NCBI RefSeq assembly: GCF_009914755.1
Contig: NC_060944.1
Length of the DNA: 64,000 bases
From: the human T2T-CHM13v2.0 reference genome, Homo sapiens
Strand: one strand, 5' to 3'
Position numbers and translations under genes: made by a program. The stretch's first letter is position 1; every line of letters starts with the position of its first letter. This document shows, one piece after another, positions 23,401 to 36,845 of the stretch. Below the pieces are notes generated by a model. The model did no database searches. It worked only from the letters and a program-made list of their open reading frames with translations, and had not been told where the DNA came from.

Positions 23401-26400
23401 GTAAAAAGCAGACAGCAGCATTCTCAGAAACTTCTTTGTGATGTTTGCATTGAAGTCACAGAGTTGAACATTCCCTTTGAGAGAGCAGGTTTGAAACACG
23501 CCTTTTGTCATATCTGGAAGTGTCCATTCGGAGCGCATTCAGGCTTGTGTTGAAAAAGGAAATATCCTCCCATAAAAACTAGACAGAAGCATTCTCAGAA
23601 ACTTATCTGTGATGTATGTACTCAACTAACAGAACTAAACCATCGTTTTGAAGGAGCAGTTTTGAAACACTCTTTTTGCGGAATCTGCAAGTGGATATTT
23701 GGCTAGCTGGGAGGATTTCGTTGGAAACGGGATTACATACAAAAAGCAGACAGCAGCATTCTCAGAAACTTCTTTGTGATGTTTGCATTCAAGTCACAGA
23801 GTTGAACATTCCCTTTCATAGAGCAGGTTTGAAACACTCTTTTTGTAGTATCTGGATGTGGACATTTGGATCGCTTTCAGGCCTATGGTGAAAAAGGAAA
23901 TATCTTCCCATGAAAACTAGACAGAAGCATTCTCAGAAACTTATTTGTGATGTGTGCCCTCAACTGACAGTGTTGAACCTTTGTTTTGATAGAGCAGTTC
24001 TGAAACACACTTTTTGTAAAATCTGCAAGAGGATATTTGGATAGCTTTGAGGATTTCGTTGGAAACGGGAATGTCTTCATGTAAACTCTAGACAGAAGCA
24101 TTCTCAGAAACTGCTTTGGGATGTTTCAATTGAAGTCCCAGTGTTGAACATTCCCTTTCATAGAGCAGGTTTGAAACACTCTTTTTGTACTATCTGGAAG
24201 TGGACATTTGGAGCGCTTTCAGGTCTACGGTGAAAAAGGAGATATCTTCCAATAAAAACTAGATAGAAGCAATGTCAGAACTTTTTTCATGATGTATCTA
24301 CTCAGCAAACAGAGTTGAACCTTTCTTTTGAGAGAGCAGTTTTGAAACACTCTTTTTGTGGAATATGCAAGTGGGTATTAGGCCAGCTTGGAGGATTTCG
24401 TTGGAAACGGGAATACGTATAAAAAGCAGACAGCAGCATTGTCAGAAACTACTTTGTGATGTTTGCATTCAAGTCACAGAATTGAACACTCCCTTTCACA
24501 GAGCAGGTTTGAAACACTCTTTTTGTAGTGTCTGTAAGTGAACATTTGGATTGCTTTCAGGCCTAAGGTGAAAAAGGAAATATCTTCCCATAAAAACTAG
24601 ACAGAAGCATTCTCAGAAACTTGTTTGTGCTGTGTGCCCTCTACTGACAGAGTTGAAGCTTTCTTTGCAAAGAGCAGTTTTGAAACACTCTTTTTGTAGA
24701 ATCTGCAAGAGGATATTTGGATAGCTTTGAGGATTTCTTGGGAAACGGGAATGTCTTCAGATAAACTCTAGACAGAAGCATTCTCAGAAACTTCTTTGGG
24801 ATGTTTCAATTGAAGTCACAGTGTTGAACATTCCCTTTCACAGAGCAGGTTTGAAACACTCTTTTTGTAGTGTCTATAAGTGAACATTTGGCGTGCTTTC
24901 AGTTGTAACGTGAAAAAGGAAATATCTTCCCATAAAAACTAGACAGAAGCATTCTCAGAAACTTGTTCTTGATGTGTCCCCTCTACTGACAGAGTTGAAC
25001 CTTTCTTTGCAAAGAGCAGCTTTGAAACACTCTTTTTGTAGAATCTGCAAGAGGATATTTGGATAGCTTGGAGGATTTCGTTGGAAACGGGTATGTCTTC
25101 AGATAAACTCTAGACAGAAGCATTCTCAGAAACTTCTTTGGGATGTTGCATTGAAGTCACAGAGTAGAACATTCCCATTCATAGAGCAGATTTGAAACAC
25201 TCTTTTTGTAGTATCTGGAAGTGGACATTTGGAGCGCTTTCAGGCCTATGTTGAAAAAGGAAACATCTTCCCATAAAAACTAGACGGAAGCATTCTCAGA
25301 AACTTATTTGTGATGTGTTTGCTCAACTAACAGGATTGAACCATCGTTTTGAAGGAGCAGTTTTGAAACACTGTTTTCGTGGAATCTGCAAGTGGATATT
25401 TGGCTAGCTTTGAGGATTTCGTTGGAAACGGGATTACAAATAAAAAGGAGACAGCAGCATTCTCAGAAACTTCTTTGTGATGTCTGCATTCAATTCACAG
25501 AGTTGAGCATTCCCTTTCATAGAGCAGGTTGGAAACACTCTTTTTGTAGTATCTGGATGAGGACATTTGGAGCGCTTTCAGGCGTATGGTGAAAAAGGAA
25601 ATATCTTCCCGTAAAAACTAGACAGAAGCATTCTCAGAAGTTTATTTGTGATGTGTGCCCTCAACTAACAGAGTTGAACCTTTCTTTTGATAGAGCAGTT
25701 TTGAAACACTCTTTTTGTAAAATCTTCAAGAGGATATTTGGATAGCTTTGAGGATTTCGTTGCAAACGGGAATGGCTTCATATAAACTCTAGACAGAAGC
25801 ATTCTCAGAAACTTCGTTGGGATGTTTCGATTGAAGTCCCAGTGTTGAACATTCCCTTTTATAGAGCAGGTTGGAAACACTCTTTCTGCATTCCCTGGAA
25901 GTGGACATTTGGAGCGCTTTCAGGACGACGGTGAAAATGGAAATATCTTCCAAGAAAATCTAGATAGAAGCAATGTCAGAAACTTTTATGTGATGGATCT
26001 ACTCAGCTAACAGAGTTGAACCTTTCTTTTGAGAGAGCAGTTTTGCAACACTCTTTTTGTGGAATATGCAAGTGGATATTAGGGCAGCTTTGAGGATTTC
26101 GTTGGAAACGGGAATACATGTAAAAAGCAGACAGCAGCATTCTCAGAAACTTCTTTGTGATGTTTGCATTGAAGTCACAGAGTTGAACATTCCCTTTGAG
26201 AGAGCAGGTTTGAAACACGCCTTTTGTCATATCTGGAAGTGTCCATTCGGAGCGCATTCAGGCTTGTGTTGAAAAAGGAAATATCCTCCCATAAAAACTA
26301 GACAGAAGCATTCTCAGAAACTTATCTGTGATGTATGTACTCAACTAACAGAACTAAACCATCGTTTTGAAGGAGCAGTTTTGAAACACTCTTTTTGCGG

Positions 26401-29400
26401 AATCTGCAAGTGGATATTTGGCTAGCTGGGAGGATTTCGTTGGAAACGGGATTACATACAAAAAGCAGACAGCAGCATTCTCAGAAACTTCTTTGTGATG
26501 TTTGCATTCAAGTCACAGAGTTGAACATTCCCTTTCATAGAGCAGGTTTGAAACACTCTTTTTGTAGTATCTGGATGTGGACATTTGGATCGCTTTCAGG
26601 CCTATGGTGAAAAAGGAAATATCTTCCCATGAAAACTAGACAGAAGCATTCTCAGAAACTTATTTGTGATGTGTGCCCTCAACTGACAGTGTTGAACCTT
26701 TGTTTTGATAGAGCAGTTCTGAAACACACTTTTTGTAAAATCTGCAAGAGGATATTTGGATAGCTTTGAGGATTTCGTTGGAAACGGGAATGTCTTCATG
26801 TAAACTCTAGACAGAAGCATTCTCAGAAACTGCTTTGGGATGTTTCAATTGAAGTCCCAGTGTTGAACATTCCCATTCATAGAGCAGGTTTGAAACACTC
26901 TTTTTGTACTATCTGGAAGTGGACATTTGGAGCGCTTTCAGGTCTACGGTGAAAAAGGAGATATCTTCCAATAAAAACTAGATAGAAGCAATGTCAGAAC
27001 TTTTTTCATGATGTATCTACTCAGCAAACAGAGTTGAACCTTTCTTTTGAGAGAGCAGTTTTGAAACACTCTTTTTGTGGAATATGCAAGTGGGTATTAG
27101 GCCAGCTTGGAGGATTTCGTTGGAAACGGGAATACGTATAAAAAGCAGACAGCAGCATTGTCAGAAACTACTTTGTGATGTTTGCATTCAAGTCACAGAA
27201 TTGAACACTCCCTTTCACAGAGCAGGTTTGAAACACTCTTTTTGTAGTGTCTGTAAGTGAACATTTGGATTGCTTTCAGGCCTAAGGTGAAAAAGGAAAT
27301 ATCTTCCCATAAAAACTAGACAGAAGCATTCTCAGAAACTTGTTTGTGATGTGTGCCCTCTACTGACAGAGTTGAAGCTTTCTTTGCAAAGAGCAGTTTT
27401 GAAACACTCTTTTTGTAGAATCTGCAAGAGGATATTTGGATAGCTTTGAGGATTTCTTGGGAAACGGGAATGTCTTCAGATAAACTCTAGACAGAAGCAT
27501 TCTCAGAAACTTCTTTGGGATGTTTCAATTGAAGTCACAGTGTTGAACATTCCCTTTCACAGAGCAGGTTTGAAACACTCTTTTTGTAGTGTCTATAAGT
27601 GAACATTTGGCGTGCTTTCAGTTGTAACGTGAAAAAGGAAATATCTTCCCATAAAAACTAGACAGAAGCATTCTCAGAAACTTGTTCTTGATGTGTCCCC
27701 TCTACTGACAGAGTTGAACCTTTCTTTGCAAAGAGCAGCTTTGAAACACTCTTTTTGTAGAATCTGCAAGAGGATATTTGGATAGCTTGGAGGATTTCGT
27801 TGGAAACGGGTATGTCTTCAGATAAACTCTAGACAGAAGCATTCTCAGAAACTTCTTTGGGATGTTGCATTCAAGTCACAGAGTAGAACATTCCCATTCA
27901 TAGAGCAGATTTGAAACACTCTTTTTGTAGTATCTGGAAGTGGACATTTGGAGCGCTTTCAGGCCTATGTTGAAAAAGGAAACATCTTCCCATAAAAACT
28001 AGACGGAAGCATTCTCAGAAACTTATTTGTGATGTGTTTGCTCAACTAACAGGATTGAACCATCGTTTTGAAGGAGCAGTTTTGAAACACTGTTTTCGTG
28101 GAATCTGCAAGTGGATATTTGGCTAGCTTTGAGGATTTCGTTGGAAACGGGATTACATATAAAAAGGAGACAGCAGCATTCTCAGAAACTTCTTTGTGAT
28201 GTCTGCATTCAATTCACAGAGTTGAGCATTCCCTTTCATAGAGCAGGTTGGAAACACTCTTTTTGTAGTATCTGGATGAGGACATTTGGAGCGCTTTCAG
28301 GCGTATGGTGAAAAAGGAAATATCTTCCCGTAAAAACTAGACAGAAGCATTCTCAGAAGTTTATTTGTGATGTGTGCCCTCAACTAACAGAGTTGAACCT
28401 TTCTTTTGATAGAGCAGTTTTGAAACACTCTTTTTGTAAAATCTGCAAGAGGATATTTGGATAGCTTTGAGGATTTCGTTGCAAACGGGAATGGCTTCAT
28501 ATAAACTCTAGACAGAAGCATTCTCAGAAACTTCGTTGGGATGTTTCGATTGAAGTCCCAGTGTTGAACATTCCCTTTTATAGAGCAGGTTGGAAACACT
28601 CTTTCTGCATTCCCTGGAAGTGGACATTTGGAGCGCTTTCAGGACGACGGTGAAAATGGAAATATCTTCCAAGAAAATCTAGATAGAAGCAATGTCAGAA
28701 ACTTTTATGTGATGGATCTACTCAGCTAACAGAGTTGAACCTTTCTTTTGAGAGAGCAGTTTTGCAACACTCTTTTTGTGGAATATGCAAGTGGATATTA
28801 GGGCAGCTTTGAGGATTTCGTTGGAAACGGGAATACATGTAAAAAGCAGACAGCAGCATTCTCAGAAACTTCTTTGTGATGTTTGCATTGAAGTCACAGA
28901 GTTGAACATTCCCTTTGAGAGAGCAGGTTTGAAACACGCCTTTTGTCATATCTGGAAGTGTCCATTCGGAGCGCATTCAGGCTTGTGTTGAAAAAGGAAA
29001 TATCCTCCCATAAAAACTAGACAGAAGCATTCTCAGAAACTTATCTGTGATGTATGTACTCAACTAACAGAACTAAACCATCGTTTTGAAGGAGCAGTTT
29101 TGAAACACTCTTTTTGCGGAATCTGCAAGTGGATATTTGGCTAGCTGGGAGGATTTCGTTGGAAACGGGATTACATACAAAAAGCAGACAGCAGCATTCT
29201 CAGAAACTTCTTTGTGATGTTTGCATTCAAGTCACAGAGTTGAACATTCCCTTTCATAGAGCAGGTTTGAAACACTCTTTTTGTAGTATCTGGATGTGGA
29301 CATTTGGATCGCTTTCAGGCCTATGGTGAAAAAGGAAATATCTTCCCATGAAAACTAGACAGAAGCATTCTCAGAAACTTATTTGTGATGTGTGCCCTCA

Positions 29401-32400
29401 ACTGACAGTGTTGAACCTTTGTTTTGATAGAGCAGTTCTGAAACACACTTTTTGTAAAATCTGCAAGAGGATATTTGGATAGCTTTGAGGATTTCGTTGG
29501 AAACGGGAATGTCTTCATGTAAACTCTAGACAGAAGCATTCTCAGAAACTGCTTTGGGATGTTTCAATTGAAGTCCCAGTGTTGAACATTCCCATTCATA
29601 GAGCAGGTTTGAAACACTCTTTTTGTAGTATCTGGAAGTGGACATTTGGAGCGCTTTCAGGTCTACGGTGAAAAAGGAGATATCTTCCAATAAAAACTAG
29701 ATAGAAGCAATGTCAGAACTTTTTTCATGATGTATCTACTCAGCAAACAGAGTTGAACCTTTCTTTTGAGAGAGCAGTTTTGAAACACTCTTTTTGTGGA
29801 ATATGCAAGTGGGTATTAGGCCAGCTTGGAGGATTTCGTTGGAAACGGGAATACGTATAAAAAGCAGACAGCAGCATTGTCAGAAACTACTTTGTGATGT
29901 TTGCATTCAAGTCACAGAATTGAACACTCCCTTTCACAGAGCAGGTTTGAAACACTCTTTTTGTAGTGTCTGTAAGTGAACATTTGGATGGCTTTCAGGC
30001 CTAAGGTGAAAAAGGAAATATCTTCCCATAAAAACTAGACAGAAGCATTCTCAGAAACTTGTTTGTGATGTGTGCCCTCTACTGACAGAGTTGAACCTTT
30101 CTTTGCAAAGAGCAGTTTTGAAACACTCTTTTTGTAGAATCTGCAAGAGGATATTTGGATAGCTTTGAGGATTTCTTGGGAAACGGGAATGTCTTCAGAT
30201 AAACTCTAGACAGAAGCATTCTCAGAAACTTCTTTGGGATGTTTCAATTGAAGTCACAGTGTTGAACATTCCCTTTCACAGAGCAGGTTTGAAACACTCT
30301 TTTTGTAGTGTCTATAAGTGAACATTTGGCGTGCTTTCAGTTGTAACGTGAAAAAGGAAATATCTTCCCATAAAAACTAGACAGAAGCATTCTCAGAAAC
30401 TTGTTCTTGATGTGTCCCCTCTACTGACAGAGTTGAACCTTTCTTTGCAAAGAGCAGCTTTGAAACACTCTTTTTGTAGAATCTGCAAGAGGATATTTGG
30501 ATAGCTTTGAGGATTTCGTTGGAAACGGGTATGTCTTCAGATAAACTCTAGACAGAAGCATTCTCAGAAACTTCTTTGGGATGTTGCATTCAAGTCACAG
30601 AGTAGAACATTCCCATTCATAGAGCAGATTTGAAACACTCTTTTTGTAGTATCTGGAAGTGGACATTTGGAGCGCTTTCAGGCCTATGTTGAAAAAGGAA
30701 ATATCTTCCCATAAAAACTAGACGGAAGCATTCTCAGAAACTTATTTGTGATGTGTTTGCTCAACTAACAGGATTGAACCATCGTTTTGAAGGAGCAGTT
30801 TTGAAACACTGTTTTCGTGGAATCTGCAAGTGGATATTTGGCTAGCTTTGAGGATTTCGTTGGAAACGGGATTACATATAAAAAGGAGACAGCAGCATTC
30901 TCAGAAACTTCTTTGTGATGTCTGCATTCAATTCACAGAGTTGAGCATTCCCTTTCATAGAGCAGGTTGGAAACACTCTTTTTGTAGTATCTGGATGAGG
31001 ACATTTGGAGCGCTTTCAGGCGTATGGTGAAAAAGGAAATATCTTCCCGTAAAAACTAGACAGAAGCATTCTCAGAAGTTTATTTGTGATGTGTGCCCTC
31101 AACTAACAGAGTTGAACCTTTCTTTTGATAGAGCAGTTTTGAAACACTCTTTTTGTAAAATCTGCAAGAGGATATTTGGATAGCTTTGAGGATTTCGTTG
31201 CAAACGGGAATGGCTTCATATAAACTCTAGACAGAAGCATTCTCAGAAACTTCGTTGGGATGTTTCGATTGAAGTCCCAGTGTTGAACATTCCCTTTTAT
31301 AGAGCAGGTTGGAAACACTCTTTCTGCATTCCCTGGAAGTGGACATTTGGAGCGCTTTCAGGACGACGGTGAAAATGGAAATATCTTCCAAGAAAATCTA
31401 GATAGAAGCAATGTCAGAAACTTTTCTGTGATGGATCTACTCAGCTAACAGAGTTGAACCTTTCTTTTGAGAGAGCAGTTTTGCAACACTCTTTTTGTGG
31501 AATATGCAAGTGGATATTAGGGCAGCTTTGAGGATTTCGTTGGAAACGGGAATACATGTAAAAAGCAGACAGCAGCATTCTCAGAAACTTCTTTGTGATG
31601 TTTGCATTGAAGTCACAGAGTTGAACATTCCCTTTGAGAGAGCAGGTTTGAAACACGCCTTTTGTCATATCTGGAAGTGTCCATTCGGAGCGCATTCAGG
31701 CTTGTGTTGAAAAAGGAAATATCCTCCCATAAAAACTAGACAGAAGCATTCTCAGAAACTTATCTGTGATGTATGTACTCAACTAACAGAACTAAACCAT
31801 CGTTTTGAAGGAGCAGTTTTGAAACACTCTTTTTGCGGAATCTGCAAGTGGATATTTGGCTAGCTGGGAGGATTTCGTTGGAAACGGGATTACATACAAA
31901 AAGCAGACAGCAGCATTCTCAGAAACTTCTTTGTGATGTTTGCATTCAAGTCACAGAGTTGAACATTCCCTTTCATAGAGCAGGTTTGAAACACTCTTTT
32001 TGTAGTATCTGGATGTGGACATTTGGATCGCTTTCAGGCCTATGGTGAAAAAGGAAATATCTTCCCATGAAAACTAGACAGAAGCATTCTCAGAAACTTA
32101 TTTGTGATGTGTGCCCTCAACTGACAGTGTTGAACCTTTGTTTTGATAGAGCAGTTCTGAAACACACTTTTTGTAAAATCTGCAAGAGGATATTTGGATA
32201 GCTTTGAGGATTTCGTTGGAAACGGGAATGTCTTCATGTAAACTCTAGACAGAAGCATTCTCAGAAACTGCTTTGGGATGTTTCAATTGAAGTCCCAGTG
32301 TTGAACATTCCCTTTCATAGAGCAGGTTTGAAACACTCTTTTTGTACTATCTGGAAGTGGACATTTGGAGCGCTTTCAGGTCTACGGTGAAAAAGGAGAT

Positions 32401-33785
32401 ATCTTCCAATAAAAACTAGATAGAAGCAATGTCAGAACTTTTTTCATGATGTATCTACTCAGCAAACAGAGTTGAACCTTTCTTTTGAGAGAGCAGTTTT
32501 GAAACACTCTTTTTGTGGAATATGCAAGTGGGTATTAGGCCAGCTTGGAGGATTTCGTTGGAAACGGGAATACGTATAAAAAGCAGACAGCAGCATTGTC
32601 AGAAACTACTTTGTGATGTTTGCATTCAAGTCACAGAATTGAACACTCCCTTTCACAGAGCAGGTTTGAAACACTCTTTTTGTAGTGTCTGTAAGTGAAC
32701 ATTTGGATTGCTTTCAGGCCTAAGGTGAAAAAGGAAATATCTTCCCATAAAAACTAGACAGAAGCATTCTCAGAAACTTGTTTGTGATGTGTGCCCTCTA
32801 CTGACAGAGTTGAAGCTTTCTTTGCAAAGAGCAGTTTTGAAACACTCTTTTTGTAGAATCTGCAAGAGGATATTTGGATAGCTTTGAGGATTTCTTGGGA
32901 AACGGGAATGTCTTCAGATAAACTCTAGACAGAAGCATTCTCAGAAACTTCTTTGGGATGTTTCAATTGAAGTCACAGTGTTGAACATTCCCTTTCACAG
33001 AGCAGGTTTGAAACACTCTTTTTGTAGTGTCTATAAGTGAACATTTGGCGTGCTTTCAGTTGTAACGTGAAAAAGGAAATATCTTCCCATAAAAACTAGA
33101 CAGAAGCATTCTCAGAAACTTGTTCTTGATGTGTCCCCTCTACTGACAGAGTTGAACCTTTCTTTGCAAAGAGCAGCTTTGAAACACTCTTTTTGTAGAA
33201 TCTGCAAGAGGATATTTGGATAGCTTTGAGGATTTCGTTGGAAACGGGTATGTCTTCAGATAAACTCTAGACAGAAGCATTCTCAGAAACTTCTTTGGGA
33301 TGTTGCATTCAAGTCACAGAGTAGAACATTCCCATTCATAGAGCAGATTTGAAACACTCTTTTTGTAGTATCTGGAAGTGGACATTTGGAGCGCTTTCAG
33401 GCCTATGTTGAAAAAGGAAATATCTTCCCATAAAAACTAGACGGAAGCATTCTCAGAAACTTATTTGTGATGTGTTTGCTCAACTAACAGGATTGAACCA
33501 TCGTTTTGAAGGAGCAGTTTTGAAACACTGTTTTCGTGGAATCTGCAAGTGGATATTTGGCTAGCTTTGAGGATTTCGTTGGAAACGGGATTACATATAA
33601 AAAGGAGACAGCAGCATTCTCAGAAACTTCTTTGTGATGTCTGCATTCAATTCACAGAGTTGAGCATTCCCTTTCATAGAGCAGGTTGGAAACACTCTTT
33701 TTGTAGTATCTGGATGAGGACATTTGGAGCGCTTTCAGGCGTATGGTGAAAAAGGAAATATCTTCCCGTAAAAACTAGACAGAAG
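17471..33785 (+). repeat. HOR7-HOR12: six 16-mer copies (HOR7 2720 bp with 1-bp insertion at 18124; others 2719 bp)
   Basis: Anchor spacing is 2720 then 2719 x5. GGAAAGTATCC at 18124 replaces GGAAATATCC. Confidence 0.95.
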
Positions 33786-36700
33786 CATTCTCAGAAGTTT
33801 ATTTGTGATGTGTGCCCTCAACTAACAGAGTTGAACCTTTCTTTTGATAGAGCAGTTTTGAAACACTCTTTTTGTAAAATCTGCAAGAGGATATTTGGAT
33901 AGCTTTGAGGATTTCGTTGCAAACGGGAATGGCTTCATATAAACTCTAGACAGAAGCATTCTCAGAAACTTCGTTGGGATGTTTCGATTGAAGTCCCAGT
34001 GTTGAACATTCCCTTTTATAGAGCAGGTTGGAAACACTCTTTCTGCATTCCCTGGAAGTGGACATTTGGAGCGCTTTCAGGACGACGGTGAAAATGGAAA
34101 TATCTTCCAAGAAAATCTAGATAGAAGCAATGTCAGAAACTTTTCTGTGATGGATCTACTCAGCTAACAGAGTTGAACCTTTCTTTTGAGAGAGCAGTTT
34201 TGCAACACTCTTTTTGTGGAATATGCAAGTGGATATTAGGGCAGCTTTGAGGATTTCGTTGGAAACGGGAATACATGTAAAAAGCAGACAGCAGCATTCT
34301 CAGAAACTTCTTTGTGATGTTTGCATTGAAGTCACAGAGTTGAACATTCCCTTTGAGAGAGCAGGTTTGAAACACGCCTTTTGTCATATCTGGAAGTGTC
34401 CATTCGGAGCGCATTCAGGCTTGTGTTGAAAAAGGAAATATCCTCCCATAAAAACTAGACAGAAGCATTCTCAGAAACTTATCTGTGATGTATGTACTCA
34501 ACTAACAGAACTAAACCATCGTTTTGAAGGAGCAGTTTTGAAACACTCTTTTTGCGGAATCTGCAAGTGGATATTTGGCTAGCTGGGAGGATTTCGTTGG
34601 AAACGGGATTACATACAAAAAGCAGACAGCAGCATTCTCAGAAACTTCTTTGTGATGTTTGCATTCAAGTCACAGAGTTGAACATTCCCTTTCATAGAGC
34701 AGGTTTGAAACACTCTTTTTGTAGTATCTGGATGTGGACATTTGGATCGCTTTCAGGCCTATCGTGAAAAAGGAAATATCTTCCCATGAAAACTAGACAG
34801 AAGCATTCTCAGAAACTTATTTGTGATGTGTGCCCTCAACTGACAGTGTTGAACCTTTGTTTTGATAGAGCAGTTCTGAAACACACTTTTTGTAAAATCT
34901 GCAAGAGGATATTTGGATAGCTTTGAGGATTTCGTTGGAAACGGGAATGTCTTCATGTAAACTCTAGACAGAAGCATTCTCAGAAACTGCTTTGGGATGT
35001 TTCAATTGAAGTCCCAGTGTTGAACATTCCCTTTCATAGAGCAGGTTTGAAACACTCTTTTTGTACTATCTGGAAGTGGACATTTGGAGCGCTTTCAGGT
35101 CTACGGTGAAAAAGGAGATATCTTCCAATAAAAACTAGATAGAAGCAATGTCAGAACTTTTTTCATGATGTATCTACTCAGCAAACAGAGTTGAACCTTT
35201 CTTTTGAGAGAGCAGTTTTGAAACACTCTTTTTGTGGAATATGCAAGTGGGTATTAGGCCAGCTTGGAGGATTTCGTTGGAAACGGGAATACGTATAAAA
35301 AGCAGACAGCAGCATTGTCAGAAACTACTTTGTGATGTTTGCATTCAAGTCACAGAATTGAACACTCCCTTTCACAGAGCAGGTTTGAAACACTCTTTTT
35401 GTAGTGTCTGTAAGTGAACATTTGGATTGCTTTCAGGCCTAAGGTGAAAAAGGAAATATCTTCCCATAAAAACTAGACAGAAGCATTCTCAGAAACTTGT
35501 TTGTGATGTGTGCCCTCTACTGACAGAGTTGAAGCTTTCTTTGCAAAGAGCAGTTTTGAAACACTCTTTTTGTAGAATCTGCAAGAGGATATTTGGATAG
35601 CTTTGAGGATTTCTTGGGAAACGGGAATGTCTTCAGATAAACTCTAGACAGAAGCATTCTCAGAAACTTCTTTGGGATGTTTCAATTGAAGTCACAGTGT
35701 TGAACATTCCCTTTCACAGAGCAGGTTTGAAACACTCTTTTTGTAGTGTCTATAAGTGAACATTTGGCGTGCTTTCAGTTGTAACGTGAAAAAGGAAATA
35801 TCTTCCCATAAAAACTAGACAGAAGCATTCTCAGAAACTTGTTCTTGATGTGTCCCCTCTACTGACAGAGTTGAACCTTTCTTTGCAAAGAGCAGCTTTG
35901 AAACACTCTTTTTGTAGAATCTGCAAGAGGATATTTGGATAGCTTGGAGGATTTCGTTGGAAACGGGAATGTCTTCAGATAAACTCTAGACAGAAGCATT
36001 CTCAGAAACTTCTTTGGGATGTTGCATTCAAGTCACAGTGTTGAACATTCCCTTTCACAGAGCAGGTTTGAAACACTCTTTTTGTAGTGTCTATAAGTGA
36101 ACATTTGGCGTGCTTTCAGGCCTAACGTGAAAAAGGAAATATCTTCCCATAAAAACTAGACAGAAGCATTCTCAGAAACTTGTTCCTGATGTGTGCCCTC
36201 TACTGACAGAGTTGAACCTTTGTTTGCAAAGAGCAGCTTTGAAACACACTTTTTGTAGAATCTGCAAGAGGATATTTGGATAGCTTTAAGGATTTCGTTG
36301 GAAACGGGTATGTCTTCAGATAAACTCTAGACAGAAGGATTCTCAGAAACTTCTTTGGGATGTTGCATTCAAGTCACAGAGTAGAACATTCCCATTCATA
36401 GAGCAGATTTGAAACACTCTTTTTGTAGTATCTGGAAGTGGACATTTGGAGCGCTTTCCGGCCTATGTTGAAAAAGGAAATATCTTCCCATAAAAACTAG
36501 ACGGAAGCATTCTCAGAAACTTATTTGTGATGTGTTTGCTCAACTAACAGGATTGAACCATCGTTTTGAAGGAGCAGTTTTGAAACACTGTTTTCGTGGA
36601 ATCTGCAAGTGGATATTTGGCTAGCTTTGAGGATTTCGTTGGAAACGGGATTACATATAAAAAGGAGACAGCAGCATTCTCAGAAACTTCTTTGTGATGT

Positions 36701-36845
36701 CTGCATTCAATTCACAGAGTTGAGCATTCCCTTTCATAGAGCAGGTTGGAAACACTCTTTTTGTAGTATCTGGATGAGGACATTTGGAGCGCTTTCAGGC
36801 GTATGGTGAAAAAGGAAATATCTTCCCGTAAAAACTAGACAGAAG
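33786..36845 (+). repeat. HOR13: 18-mer class I (3060 bp), copy of HOR4
   Basis: Same hybrid monomer (35997-36166) and the same private SNPs as HOR4 at offset 25497. Confidence 0.9.
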
